From: Chiloscyllium plagiosum
Taxonomy: Eukaryota
Assembly: GCF_004010195.1 (NCBI RefSeq)
Contig: NC_057718.1
Span: 41,747,803 to 41,811,802 of the forward strand
Direction of reading: 5' to 3'
DNA: 64,000 nt
The notes beneath the pieces were generated by a model. That model was not told where the DNA came from and made no database searches. It saw nothing but the letters and a program-made list of their open reading frames with translations. Of the stretch, positions 52,655 to 64,000 are shown in pieces. Positions within the stretch are counted from its first letter, which is position 1; every line of letters begins with the position of its first letter. The position numbers and the translations under genes were made by a program.

Positions 52655-53390
52655 TGTTGAAGTAGGCCACTCAGCTGATTGAGCCCACCCCAACCCTCTA
52701 AAGAGCATCCCCACCTAAACCCATTCCCCTACCTTATCACTATAATCCTGCATTTCCAGCTAAACTGCACATTTTGGGCAATTTAGCATGGTCAATCACC
52801 TATCCTGCACATCTTTGGCCCGCGGGAGGAAATCCACTCAGTCAATAGACAATAAACAATAGACAATAGGTGCAGGAGTAGGCCATTCAGCCCTTCGAGC
52901 CTGCACCGCCATTCAGCATGATCATGGCTGATCATTCCTAATCAGTATCCTGTTCCAGCCTTATCTCCATAACCCTTGATTCCACTATCTTTGAGAGCTC
53001 TATCCAACTCTTTCTTAAATGAATCCAGAGACTGAGCCTCCACTGCCCTCTGGGGCAGAGCATTCCACACAGCCACCACTCTCTGGGTGAAGACGTTTCT
53101 CCTCATCTCTGTCCTAAATGGTCTACCCCGTATTTTTAAGCTGTGTGTTCTGGTTCGGCACTCACCCATCAGCGGAAACATGTTTCCTGCTGCCAGAGTG
53201 TCCAATCCTTTCATAATCTTATACGTCTCAATCAGATCCCCTCTCAGTCTTCTAAACTCAAGGGTATACAAGCCCAGTCGCTTCAGTCTTTCAGTGTAAG
53301 GTAATTCCAGTCACCAAAGACTGGAAATCAAACCTGGGTCCCTGGCACTGGGAAGCAGTAGTGCTAACCACCAAGCCACTGTGCTGCTCA
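52655..53390 (-). mobile_element. HE1-like V-SINE split by a young CR1 insertion
   Basis: The tRNA head lies at ~53310-53385 (tggcttggtggttagcactac...ggtttgatttcc) and the body/tail at ~52655-52844. cagtca occurs at both junctions. Confidence 0.75.
52845..53300 (-). mobile_element. Young CR1 3' fragment, second CR1 family, open ORF2 C-terminus
   Basis: ORF 52942-53271 reads EFRRLRGDLIETYKIMKG...FTQRVVAVWNALP...GIKGYG. The tail is (ctattgt)n-like. Confidence 0.93.
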
Positions 53391-54340
53391 AACTGTTCCT
53401 AATTGTGTGGTCTATAGCCCAGAAGTTTCATTGGACCACTCTTGATCCAGCACCAAAGTGCTGCAACAAGCACTTTGCATTCTTAAATGAGGTTTTAAAC
53501 TGGGCTTCCAGAATAAAAAAAATGGCAGTGAAGTTAGAACAGGGCTGACTATGTTCCTGGATTACGGATATTGAGGACCTGCATTTTTACAAGTGTCAGG
53601 AACTACAGATGTTGACAGCTTGCAAGTCTGCATATCATCTATATTAGACTGGATTTGATTAAACACAAACAGACAGACATATGCATTTTAACTCTAAATT
53701 TGGATAAATTCTGAATTGTTTGCATAATTATTCAAGTCAATTGAACTGGAGGCACATTCAGGTCAGATTGAGTTAAACCTGTATTTGTACAATGTTCGGC
53801 ACAGCAGTTTTATCAGTTTTTATCTCCATAGCTTTCAGAATAAAACAGCAGTGATCAGAACAGAAATCAATAAACAAAAATTCCAATTACTTGATTGGGG
53901 AAATGTTTCTAACCCTGTGTTTGTCACATTACAACACATCAAGTAAAACATTTCGACCACCAAAAATATTTAATAGCTCTTCAAAGTAAATAGGTGTGCC
54001 AGCCAGAATAGCTCGGAACTTCACAGCATAAATCCATCTTCCCTGCAACTAATTGTATTAATCTGAAACTCTATCCACAGATGAGAATTTGCAATCCTGT
54101 GTACATTGGCTTTACAGTTTCAAGGAAATGACTAACAAATACAGCACTGTTATAGATGCCATACTTGTTATTGATATTAATTTTATTTAATCCAGTCACA
54201 GACCTCTGATATAGTCTATAAATATACAAAGATAGTGATATTTTTCAGCATAGAAAACAAACCTAAGTTCACTAGCTCTGGTGAATGTGGGTCAGCACTT
54301 TTTTTTCGACAATGCCAATTTGGCTACTAAATAAAAGCTT

Positions 54341-54534
54341 AAACCAGAAACAAAAAACAGAAGTTGGTGGAAAAGCTCAGCAGGTCTGGCAGCATATGTG
54401 AAAAGAAATCAGAGTTAATGTTTGGGGTCTGGTTCTGAGGAAGGATCACCTGACTCCGAAACGTTAACTCTAATTTCTCTTCACAGATGCTGCCAGACAT
54501 GCTGAGCTTTTCCACCAACTTCTGCTTTTGTTTC
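54341..54534 (+). mobile_element. PLE pLTR fold-back element with central hammerhead
   Basis: Arms ~54347-54430 and ~54452-54534 are inverted (gaagttggtggaaaagctcagcaggtctggcagcat / atgctgccagacatgctgagcttttccaccaacttc). Confidence 0.85.
54431..54469 (+). ncRNA. Minimal hammerhead motif (core intact, bulged stem II)
   Basis: ggtt-CTGAGGA(54435-54441)-A-GGATC-acct-GAcTCC-GAAA(54458-54461)-C-GTT-aact. Stem I 4 bp; predicted cleavage triplet GUU. Confidence 0.65.
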
Positions 54535-54550
54535 CATTTGGATGCTAGTC

Positions 54551-54585
54551 CACCTGATGAAGGAGCAACGCTCCGAAAGCTAGTG
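54551..54585 (+). ncRNA. Minimal type I hammerhead ribozyme (best-formed copy), in a PLE tail spanning ~54535-54639
   Basis: cac-CTGATGA(54554-54560)-A-GGAGC-aac-GCTCC-GAAA(54575-54578)-GC-TA-gtg. Palindromic AGCU stem III; predicted cleavage after A54582; ATTAAA follows. Confidence 0.82.
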
Positions 54586-55213
54586 TGCTTCCAATTAAAC
54601 CTGTTGGACTATAACCTGGTGTTGTGTGATTTTTAACTATGTTTCTCTAAACATTATTGAGGCTGGCCCAATGAACATTTCAAAACTAAGTTTGTTATTT
54701 GATAACTAAAATATGAATGGTTATAGAATAAAGTTGGGTAAATGGAGTTAAGATATAAATAATTTATGATCCAATTGAATGATGGAACAGGCTAAAGACA
54801 AAGATTCACTTCTGTTCCATATTCTTAAGCAACATAGCCTCAGCACCAATCTTAAGTATTGATAGTATTTAGTTTCCATGCAATACTGGTGCATGCTACA
54901 GGAGTGTATACAAATTTCAGTGCATGAATAGCCCTTCCAGTGAAGAAACATCCAAGATGTGAGTCTGTGCAGTAAGGAAGTCACAAACCCAATTCTTTAC
55001 ATGTTATTGTGTTCGTAGCCATAAAATAAAAATATTTTACCTCTGTACTTGTGGCATCAATGAACCAATGTAGTTCATTGGACTATTTATAGTGCTTTTG
55101 TGGAGAAATAAATATCAGATCTCCACTAGCATGACTTCCCAACATGGTATGAGCAGGCAGTTCCTATTGATTTTCTGATAATAACTGACTAAAATTCTTT
55201 TTAAAATTGTTTT

Positions 55214-55553
55214 GGGATGGCACGTGACTCAGTGGTTAGCACTGCTACCTCACAGCGCCAGGGAACTGGGTTTGATTCCCGCCTTGGGTGACAGTCAGTG
55301 TGGAGTTTATACATTCTTCCTGTGTCTGTGTGGGTTTCCTCCGGGTGCTCCAGTTTCCTCCCACAATCCAAAGATGTGCAGGTGAGGTGAATTGGCCATG
55401 CTAAATTGTACACAATGTTCAGGGATGTGTAGATTAGGTGCATTAGTCAGTGGTAAATGTAGGGAAATAAGTCTGGGTGGGTTACTTTTTGGAGGGTTGG
55501 TGTGGACTTGTTGGGCCTAAGAGCTTGTTTCCAGACAGTAGGGAATCTAATCT
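55214..55553 (+). mobile_element. HE1-like V-SINE
   Basis: Head gactcagtggttagcactgct, B box ggtttgattcc, V-domain gtgggtttcctccgggtgctccagtttcctcccac, and tail aatctaatcta. Confidence 0.9.
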
Positions 55554-58102
55554 AAATTTTCTCATAGCTTGTTCAGTTTAACTTTGAGCGTAACCAATAT
55601 CAAGTTGTCAGTGGGGGCTGCTTTTATATTGTGTATGCAGGATTATGAAAAGAGGGAGTATAACATGCAAATTGGAGGGCTCCTGTGGTACAGTGATGGG
55701 TCCACTGAGTCATGAAGGGTTCGGGTCTCATCTGCTCTTGTGCTGTGTCACAGCATATCTGATTAACAGTATCCTAAAATGCAAATGCACATTGGTTCAC
55801 TTTCTGACTACAAAGGCAGTCTTATGAACATAGAGTAGCTATAGCATAAAAGCAGCTGGTGTAAAGCTCTACCAAATGAAGTTAACAGATTAAAATTAGA
55901 AGAAAATTTGAGTTGCTCAATCTGATGCCATTGATGCTTTATTAAAAGAAAACTGATTGCCTCATCAGTATTTTTCAATAATCAAAACTCCACAGCTAAT
56001 CAAAGGGCAGTATGGCTCCCAACTCAGAACAGAACTAAATATTACTCACTTTGCTATAGCATCAAATAGTAACAGATCTTACAGAATCATGCTTCTCACC
56101 AAAGGTTTGCAATATTTATTCCTTGAGGAAACCTAACTTCACAGCTAACGGTGGTTGAGTTCACAAATGGTTATAAATAGAGACTGTGTCATTCATGGCA
56201 GTGAGATATGATAAATATCTCTACTCTTGAGGCTGATCAGATAACTCACGATTGGAGAAGTCACAAATGAATTATGGTCAGTCTCATGAGTGGAGATATT
56301 CATCATATCTCACTGCTGACCACAACATAATCTATCTATGACACAGTATGTTTTTGACTTAAAAATGAAAACAATTTTAAAAAGAATTTTAGTCAGTTAT
56401 TGTCAGAAAATCAAAAGGAATTGCCTGCTCATATCATGTTGGGAAGTCATGCTAGTGGAGATCTGATGTTTATTTCTCCACAAGAGCACTATAAATATTC
56501 CAACCTACATTGGTTCATGGATGCCACATATACCAGAGGTAAAATATTTTTATTTTATGGCTACAAAAACAATAATGTGTAAATAATTGGGTTTGTATCT
56601 TCCATATTGCACAGACTCATATCTTGGATGCTTCTCCACTGGAGGGGCTATTCATGCACTGAAATTCTCTGTTACATAATGGTTGGCTTATACGGAATGT
56701 AAAATGATGTCTGAGAGCAGATTATCTACCGAAATTCTTAGTTTCAACTCATATGTTATCATAAGGGATGAAATGGGAGGAAATAATTTCTAGGAAGATT
56801 TCCTTTGTTGCTTTGTGTTATAAAATGATAACTGCATTCTTTAGTATGTCTATTTCTGACTTTTTTAAAGTTAGGAAATACTGGAAATATTAAAGAAATG
56901 CAACTATCTTTAAATAGGAGCTAACTCCTGGTCAATTAGCATGGAGTTATTCAAGCAAAAAATGAAATGGACACTGTAAATACTGCTGCCTGCATGCATT
57001 GTTGTAGTGCAAGGGTTATGCCATCACCAGAGGTACCTGACATAACTACAATAATCTGTCACTTACATACACATTCCATTTCACCCACATTTCCTAGTGT
57101 TTGCTTGCCTTTAATTTGGGTCTCCACACAATATTCCTGATTGAAGAGAGGCCATTCACAGGTCTCCAGTCCTGTGCACATACCTGTTTGTAATAGCCAC
57201 TGAGTGATGTGTGAACATTTCTACACTCGACTGGATTTTAGTTTTTTCTTCTTGTGGGAATGAAGGCTCTTGTTGCTTCTCCAAAAGGAAATCAAGACTT
57301 CTCCTTGTAAAGAATTGCACCATTTTGTGATCTGGCACAGTAATCACTATATCATCATAGTATTGGAAATTTGGGATATGAATTTGCATATGATAATCTT
57401 AACAAACTTGATATTCACTAAACTCTAGATTCGGTCTGTACTTCTCTATTTATATCTTTCTTTTAAGAAGGTTCTTAAAAGCTAGGGTTTTTTGACCTAG
57501 CATTTGACCTAGCTTTTCTCATACCTATATGTTTCGTGCCAAATATTGTTTGATAATGCTTCTGTGAAATGCCTTAAGATGTTTTATTGCATTAAAGATG
57601 CAATAATGCGAGCTAGTGTGTCTGTGAAAAGGTTAAGAATCAACTAAGCGATAGTCTTAATGACTGTTATGTCTAATGCTCATACGCAACTTGAAAAGTC
57701 AAAAAAATCAAACTCTACTATTAAAATACTTAAATGTAAATAGTTGCTCAGTTGGCATGGACAACTATGCATGCTTTTGCTTCTGTCTATTAAGAATGTA
57801 CTCTGATGTGTGTGATAGTATCAGCAAACCTGTTTAGGAAAGAATGTAGAGGAAAATATCAGGATTACAATGACATCACTTGCCAGTCAGAATATATTAT
57901 AGGCTTTTGGGTTAATACTGCTTCTGTATGTTCACAGTTCCAGAAAATGTGCGACCTAAATCAACAAGACCACAGATGTCAGAATCATCTTCAGCTACCA
58001 AGTCCTTAACAGGGGGAAAAAAAGTTTCTTTTCACGGGCAGAACTTTTATTTAGCTGGTTTGCAGAATCGTTTTGTCACTGCTCTCCTTCATCTCCCGGT
58101 AG

Positions 58103-58362
58103 GCTGAGCTGCCTGGTTGATCCGTCCAGGGGGACGGGTGTCAGACCAGTGCAGGTGTCAGTGGCTGCTAGTGAGTGATTGCACCATCAGCCTCCCACTG
58201 TGATCTATCATGCGGGCCAGGCCAGTGAAGAATCACAGCTACAGCAAGGTGCTGAGCCCAGCAACATATCATTAAACAAGGTTACAAGGAGCAGATTTGT
58301 TCCTATGATCAATCTGGTCAACAGTGGTTCCACTTTACTGTTTTTCAGCAAAGCGTAAACAG
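58103..58362 (+). other. Candidate 260-nt non-coding (5'UTR-like) exon with two short uORFs
   Basis: Acceptor ctctccttcatctcccggtag| and donor CAG|gtactg bound a GC-richer, non-repetitive island. All three frames contain stops. ATG ORFs at 58210-58275 and 58305-58358. Confidence 0.45.
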
Positions 58363-61300
58363 GTACTGTGAGCAAACTTAGGATTAACCATTTCACTTAC
58401 TTCACCTACTTGTGCTGACATTTCATATATGGGCTTTTAGAACCTGAGTTATTGAGTTCCACTTCTGCTTTATTGCACTTACAGTATTCAATACTTTGGA
58501 ATTGTTTCAAGACGCATAATGCAATAGAAAGGATTTGTTAACATCTTAAATAACCAAAGCAAAATGCAAGTAGTTTTGAAGTTGATCTGAATGCCAAGGT
58601 TGCATTACCTCTTTGAAACCCAATTCCAGTCTATTTAACTTAATCTAAATACTTAAAGACATACTGGGATTTAAAAATGATCTCTGCTAAGGCTACCATC
58701 CTGTGGAATATGAATGAAGGACTAGCTGGTAAGTAGGAATTGACAATGGAATAAGTAAGAGTTGATGGCACTCTGTGATAATATGGGAGCAAATTGGCTG
58801 TCACTGTAATTGTACTGTTCTACCTAAAATATGATGAGACATGATTCTTACTCGTATTGCACATTTTGGTTTTAAGGATTTGTACTGTGGCTTTTAGTTC
58901 ACTATGCCTGGTGGTTTAACTGTTATGTTAACTCTTTCTGCAAACATGGATGTGTGACATTGTTCATGGGATTCCATGACTACTGGTGCGATGTCTTGTT
59001 GATTGGATCCTTCCTCACCCCAGGTTGGGAAGTTTTTTGTAAAAATCTTGAACAAGCTCAGGGCAATCTTTACATTTGTGAGATATGCTGAACTGAACAA
59101 AAAAAATCTATGGAGTCAGTTGCTGTCGACAAGTTGCTCCCACCCTTAAAGTAGATGCTGGGAGCCAGAAGTTAGAAGAAGATTGGAATGGAAGTGTTTT
59201 AAAGAAAGAAGGTACAGTATCAAATTAATTGTTAAATTAGCCAACTAATGAAAAACAACATTACAATAGGTGAAACTGAATAAAACTAAAGTGTGAAGAA
59301 TGAGTAAACAGCAAAGTGTTTACAATTTTCCTCAATCTTGCATATGAACTGTTTCATAGACCAGTATCATGTTGCTGCAGCAAGCTTTTCTCAACATTAC
59401 AATAACTTCATTCCTGAAATAATTTGTTTCAACAACATAGCATATCAAGGACAACTTTAATTTGCTTGCTAACTTGAAGAGTTAAAGACCAATTACTTTA
59501 ACTCGAAGAGAGAAAGACCAACTATTGAAAACAAAAGTGGGGGTGGATGGAGAAAAAGACCACCTGAAAACTTACACCAAAAATTAAAATGCTAGAAGAT
59601 TCTCTTCCACATATGCTTTAAGATAAACTCAAGATGCAGGATCAGCAAATAAATATGTTATCTTCTCAAAATGTTCTTGAACTTGTCAATTCTTGGAATC
59701 GTGAAAGACCCCACCCAAGTTGCCAAATAGACAGGACTAAGCATTTTGGAAAGTAGAGTTAAGACATGACTATGTTACAGTCTCATGAATTTCAACAGTG
59801 AATTAAGTAGAAATTCTTCCATCAGGTAATATTGTGGAATGGCCTAAACAGCTCTGATCTAAGATTTACTGACTTTGCTTTAGAGGTTTCAGGATTTTAC
59901 AAGAGAAAAGCTTTTTATTTAATGGTGTCGTGAGGGTTAGCTTGCATCTCCTTTCCTTGCAGTTCCTATGTAGCATGCACGGAGATATGGTATGTATTAA
60001 TTAGATGCACATGCACAAAGCTGAGCAGTCAGTAATGCAAGGTGAAAGATAGGATGATACAGTTGACCTGGAATTTTGTTAAATTAAATGATAATTTCTT
60101 TTTGTCTTGAGTATGTGCAGCATTAAATGCTTCTGCATTTTGATTAACCACCATGGCCTGCGGCCTTCGCATTTAATCAGTACAGAAGCTGTTTATTGCT
60201 TCATACTTCCCAGCCAATGAAATTTATGGGTATAATGCTACACTGCCTGGCCTGAAACATTTGAGGAAAAAAATGATAATTTACAAAATAATTTAACTGA
60301 GTTGTAGCCTCTGAGAAAGACCAGTAAATATCTGCAGAAGTGTTTTACCCAAATTCTAATACTGTACCTCACTACCCCCAACCCAAACATATTCTTTTAG
60401 TCTTTAGCTTTTCACTGCAGAAAGTTCTGCAAAGGATGCAATTAGCAATTAGACAAAGAATCTACATATCGAAGGATGTCATACGGCCAGAGTTTATTAA
60501 TGTTGCATACCAGTCAATGCTAACACCCAACACAGAAATGCTCCCGAGTGAAGGTCAGTACCCAATCATGGCACTGACTGATATTAGGGTGTATCAGCAG
60601 GTATTGTGATTGGTCAATGGCATTTACTGGGCTGTACAAGCTTAGAAGAGATTACTTTCAAAGAACCATTATTCCAGATTATTTATTTGCCGATTATACC
60701 ATATTCAGGAAGGTTACTGACCTTCCATTATAATAACTAGCTCCTGTTTATGGAAAAAGAAACACACCAGCTTGAGTTTAATAACACACATAAGCTACTT
60801 TTATTTAAAAATAGTCACAAATGGATTCTTATTTGTGGTTTTGTGGAAAAGTTTTCAATGTAGCTTTTTGTGTTATTAGATGTTCTTGTGATGATTTTGC
60901 AATGTAATTTCAAACAGTAGTAATGCATACAACAATGAAAAAATACTTTTACATCATTGTTTAAAGACAATTAACTATATAGGTGCCATGATTGTTTTGC
61001 TTCTGTGTTGCATCCTCAAGAGAAGTCTTGCTTTACCATTTCAGTTTTTTGTTTGATTGGATAGCTATCAGTTTATTAGGTTTTTATGTTTGACTGATCA
61101 ATATTGTGTAGTGCTAAAACACTTGTGGAAAATATTCTCAAAACGTTTCCGGTTTGAACTGATCTATATTATATATTACAATTGATTTTAATCTTTTGAG
61201 GCCCTCCAAAGCCAATAATGTATTATTATTGTGAGATGTTTTCAGACTATTTTTGCATTAGGATATTTAATGCTTCTTTTTGATTTGTTGAATTACACTG

Positions 61301-62350
61301 CCAAAATTATAAGAACAGCCCTCATAAAAAGCAACCGATAGATTGTGACAAGTCAGCTACATTCCATTCTTCACATTTCAGTTGTCCCATTATAGGATAA
61401 GTCTTCTGTAGGTTGAACTTTCTCTCCATGCTATTTTTAGCATAGTGTTTAATGCATTTGTGTCAAATTTCTGAGTGCACTGTATAAATGAAGCTGTTCA
61501 GTTGCTCAAAATAAATGGGATGATGTTGTTAAAATAGCACTCAGAAATTTAGTGCAAACACATTAACAGTGATCTAAATATAACATAGAAGATTTTCAAC
61601 CCCATGAAGTTTATTTTTCAATCAGATTGACTATTTATTTCTGGTCCAAATATTATTATCTTTCTTGATGTTGGATCTCTTTGTCCTGCTTTGATATATA
61701 ATACACACAAAACTCTTGGGGCTTGAAATTATGCTGTTACTATATGTGTAAACACATTGCTCAGAAATCCCTAACTGTTATTAATCTGTTTAAGATAAGA
61801 AAAGATTTTCCAGGCAGGTGCGTTATTAATAAATACATATTATCCCCAACATAATTTCTTGGCCTTGATAAAATGTGATGAAATTGTAATATGAAATTAT
61901 TGAAAATGTAAAAAATCCCTTTCACAATTTGTACAAAAAACATAAAGCTTAAGTAGCAATAAAACTAGTTTCTAATCTTACATCGAGTCCTATAGCAGTG
62001 TTCCCAGTAATGCTACTTGTTTTTATGCAAAAGTGTTCTTGGATTTATGGCATGCTCTTCTTCACTGCCAAGCACATTGTTTTCTATTTTTTTCTCTTTC
62101 TGCCAGCTGCTCGGTGTGACTAGTGTTCATCTCAGTCAATAATTGTCCAGTCCCACTTTGCTTCTCAATGTTGCCACTCATCATGTGAGCAGAAATCTCT
62201 CCCTCCTGATTGGTTCTTCTTAATGTTGACATTGTTCCTCCAAATGTATTACCTCTCAGTGGTTCCACCTGCTCATCACTGGCAAACTCCCTCAAGGCTG
62301 CCATCTCCACTTCAAATTCTCATGAATGAATTGGGATGAAAATTGAGCAT

Positions 62351-62950
62351 TGTTATGGATCAGCCCAGACCCCTCAAAACATTTGAAAAAAGTAGCCCAG
62401 ACTCTAACTTTTCTAGATATTTTAAGTAGGTGTGGAGTGGATATACCAGGAATGATGCAGCTGGCCCAACCACTTAGTTTTAAATAAAACTGAATTTATT
62501 TGTAAGATTACTGAATGAAACAAACAAGAGAACAGAACATAGAATAACTTAACCTATCTGAAAACCCAATAGATTATCCCAACTTAATGATGTTGTTCCA
62601 AATTCCTGCAACAATCCCCATAAACATCCGTTCAGGAGAGGTGACAGAGAGAGAGAGAACGAGAGAGAGAAAACGAGAGAATGAGAGACACAGAACCAGC
62701 ATGGAGCTGTTTCTTTGACCAGCAGCCTCAAAACTTGAATGCTTGCTAAAACCAAACCAAACCATACCAGAGAAAAGCTGAGCTGGGAGAACTGGCCACT
62801 CCCTTTTCATTATACAAGTGTTTTTTTTTTCAAAAAAGTAAAAACTTTTATGAAGTAGATAAACCCAGATATTTCAGAACCTGTGTCTTTATGAGCCCTC
62901 TGAAAAAAACCCAAGGATAACATAACCTTGCTAAAGGAGCAGCATTGTCA
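62351..62950 (-). mobile_element. Solo LTR, 600 bp
   Basis: Minus-strand termini TGACA...TAACA; flanks gagcat/tagcat (6-bp TSD, 1 mismatch); AATAAA on minus at 62495-62500; 3' part similar to 10075-10229. Confidence 0.7.
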
Positions 62951-63303
62951 TAGCATAACAATCAACATTTTTACTTTGTTAAGTATTTTTATATTGAGAT
63001 TAACTATGTTAAACAATGGAAATATTAGAATGTGTAGAAAAGTGCTATAAATAACAGGTAGTACATCACATTGTGGAACTGAATGCTTTACCAGAAAACA
63101 AATTCCCACGAAGATAAATTACATAACTGTTGTATCATCCATGAGAAGAAACTTTGATAGCCAGGACGTGTCGGGCGCTATTGGGACTATTTTCTGGATT
63201 GAGATATAATTCCTCCTTAAATTCCCAGTAAAACGCAACGCATAATGTTAGTAACTCACAAGGCTTCTTTATATTGGATATGCACAACATGCTGAATATT
63301 ATA

Positions 63304-64000
63304 GGTAAAAACAATGAGTGCCGATGCTGGAAACCAGATTCTGGATTAGAGTGGTGCTGGAAAAGCACAGCCGTTCAGGCAGCATCCACGAAGCAGGAAA
63401 ATCGACGTTTTGGGCAAAAGCCCTTCATCAGGAATAGAGGCAGAGTGCCTGCAGAGTGGAGAGATAAATGAGAGGCGGGGAGAAAGTAGCATAGAGTACA
63501 ATAGGTGAGTGGGGGTGGGGATGAAGGTGATAGGTCGGGGAGGAGGATGGGGGAAGGTAACACAGAGTACAATGGGTGGATGGGGGTAGGGATGAAAGTG
63601 GTAGGTAAGAGAGGAGGGTGGAGTGGATAGGTGGAAAGGAAGATAGGCAGGTAGGACAAGTCATGGGGAGGAGACCGCATCGGGAGCAACGGATACAATA
63701 AATGATATTAGTGAATGTGCAGGTAAAACTTTAATGGATGTGGAAGTCTCCTTTAGGGCCTTGGATGGAGGTGAGGGAAGAGGTGTGAGTGCAGGTTTTT
63801 CAATTCCTGCGGTGGCAGGGGAAGGTGCCAGGACGGGAGGGTGGGTTGTAGGGGGGCGTGGACCTGACCAGGTAGTCATGGAGGGTCTTTGCGGAAGGCG
63901 GAAAGAGGTGGGGAGGGAAATATATCCCTGGTGTAGGGGTCCGTTTGGAGGTGGTGGAAATGTTGTCGGATGATTTGGTTTATGCGAAGGTTGGTAGGGT
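63304..64000 (-). mobile_element. Penelope-like element (Neptune-type) 3' end, running off the window
   Basis: Minus strand reads TSIQGPKGDFHIH*SFTCTFTNIIYCIRCSRCGLL, then an internal deletion, then the pLTR with HHR ttc-CTGATGA-A-GGGC-tttt-GCCC-aAAAC-GTC (63400-63434). Tandem duplication of period ~71 bp at ~63488-63606. Confidence 0.9.

Noticed and set aside
58211..58362. Selenoprotein-like frame with two in-frame TGA codons
   Set aside because: No similarity to selenoprotein families I know, and no SECIS evidence.
1..64000. CRISPR array, operon or prokaryotic defence system
   Set aside because: The DNA is eukaryotic and repeat-rich, with no regularly spaced repeat-spacer array and no dense ORF organisation.

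Overview
AT-rich, repeat-dense vertebrate genomic DNA. The repeat families (HER1-like CR1 LINEs, HE1/V-SINEs, a Deu-domain SINE head) point to a cartilaginous fish, probably a shark (inference). No host protein-coding exon is recognisable. The ORFs I can identify are transposon relics (CR1-group LINEs, Penelope-like elements, Vingi, a Harbinger transposase); the rest look like chance ORFs. The most notable signal is a set of about 7 minimal hammerhead-ribozyme (HHR) motifs in at least 4 Penelope-like element (PLE) families. Their stems covary, 2-3 have intact catalytic cores, and several lie inside short fold-back insertions, one with a clear target-site duplication (TSD). Also notable: a ~3.2 kb LINE that appears to start with a tRNA-derived Pol III head plus Deu domain and has no room for ORF1; two related solo LTRs; a CpG-enriched promoter-like region (~46.7-49.1 kb); and a candidate non-coding exon with two uORFs at 58.1-58.4 kb. 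Family names come from my recognition of motifs, not database searches. Boundaries without TSDs are approximate.
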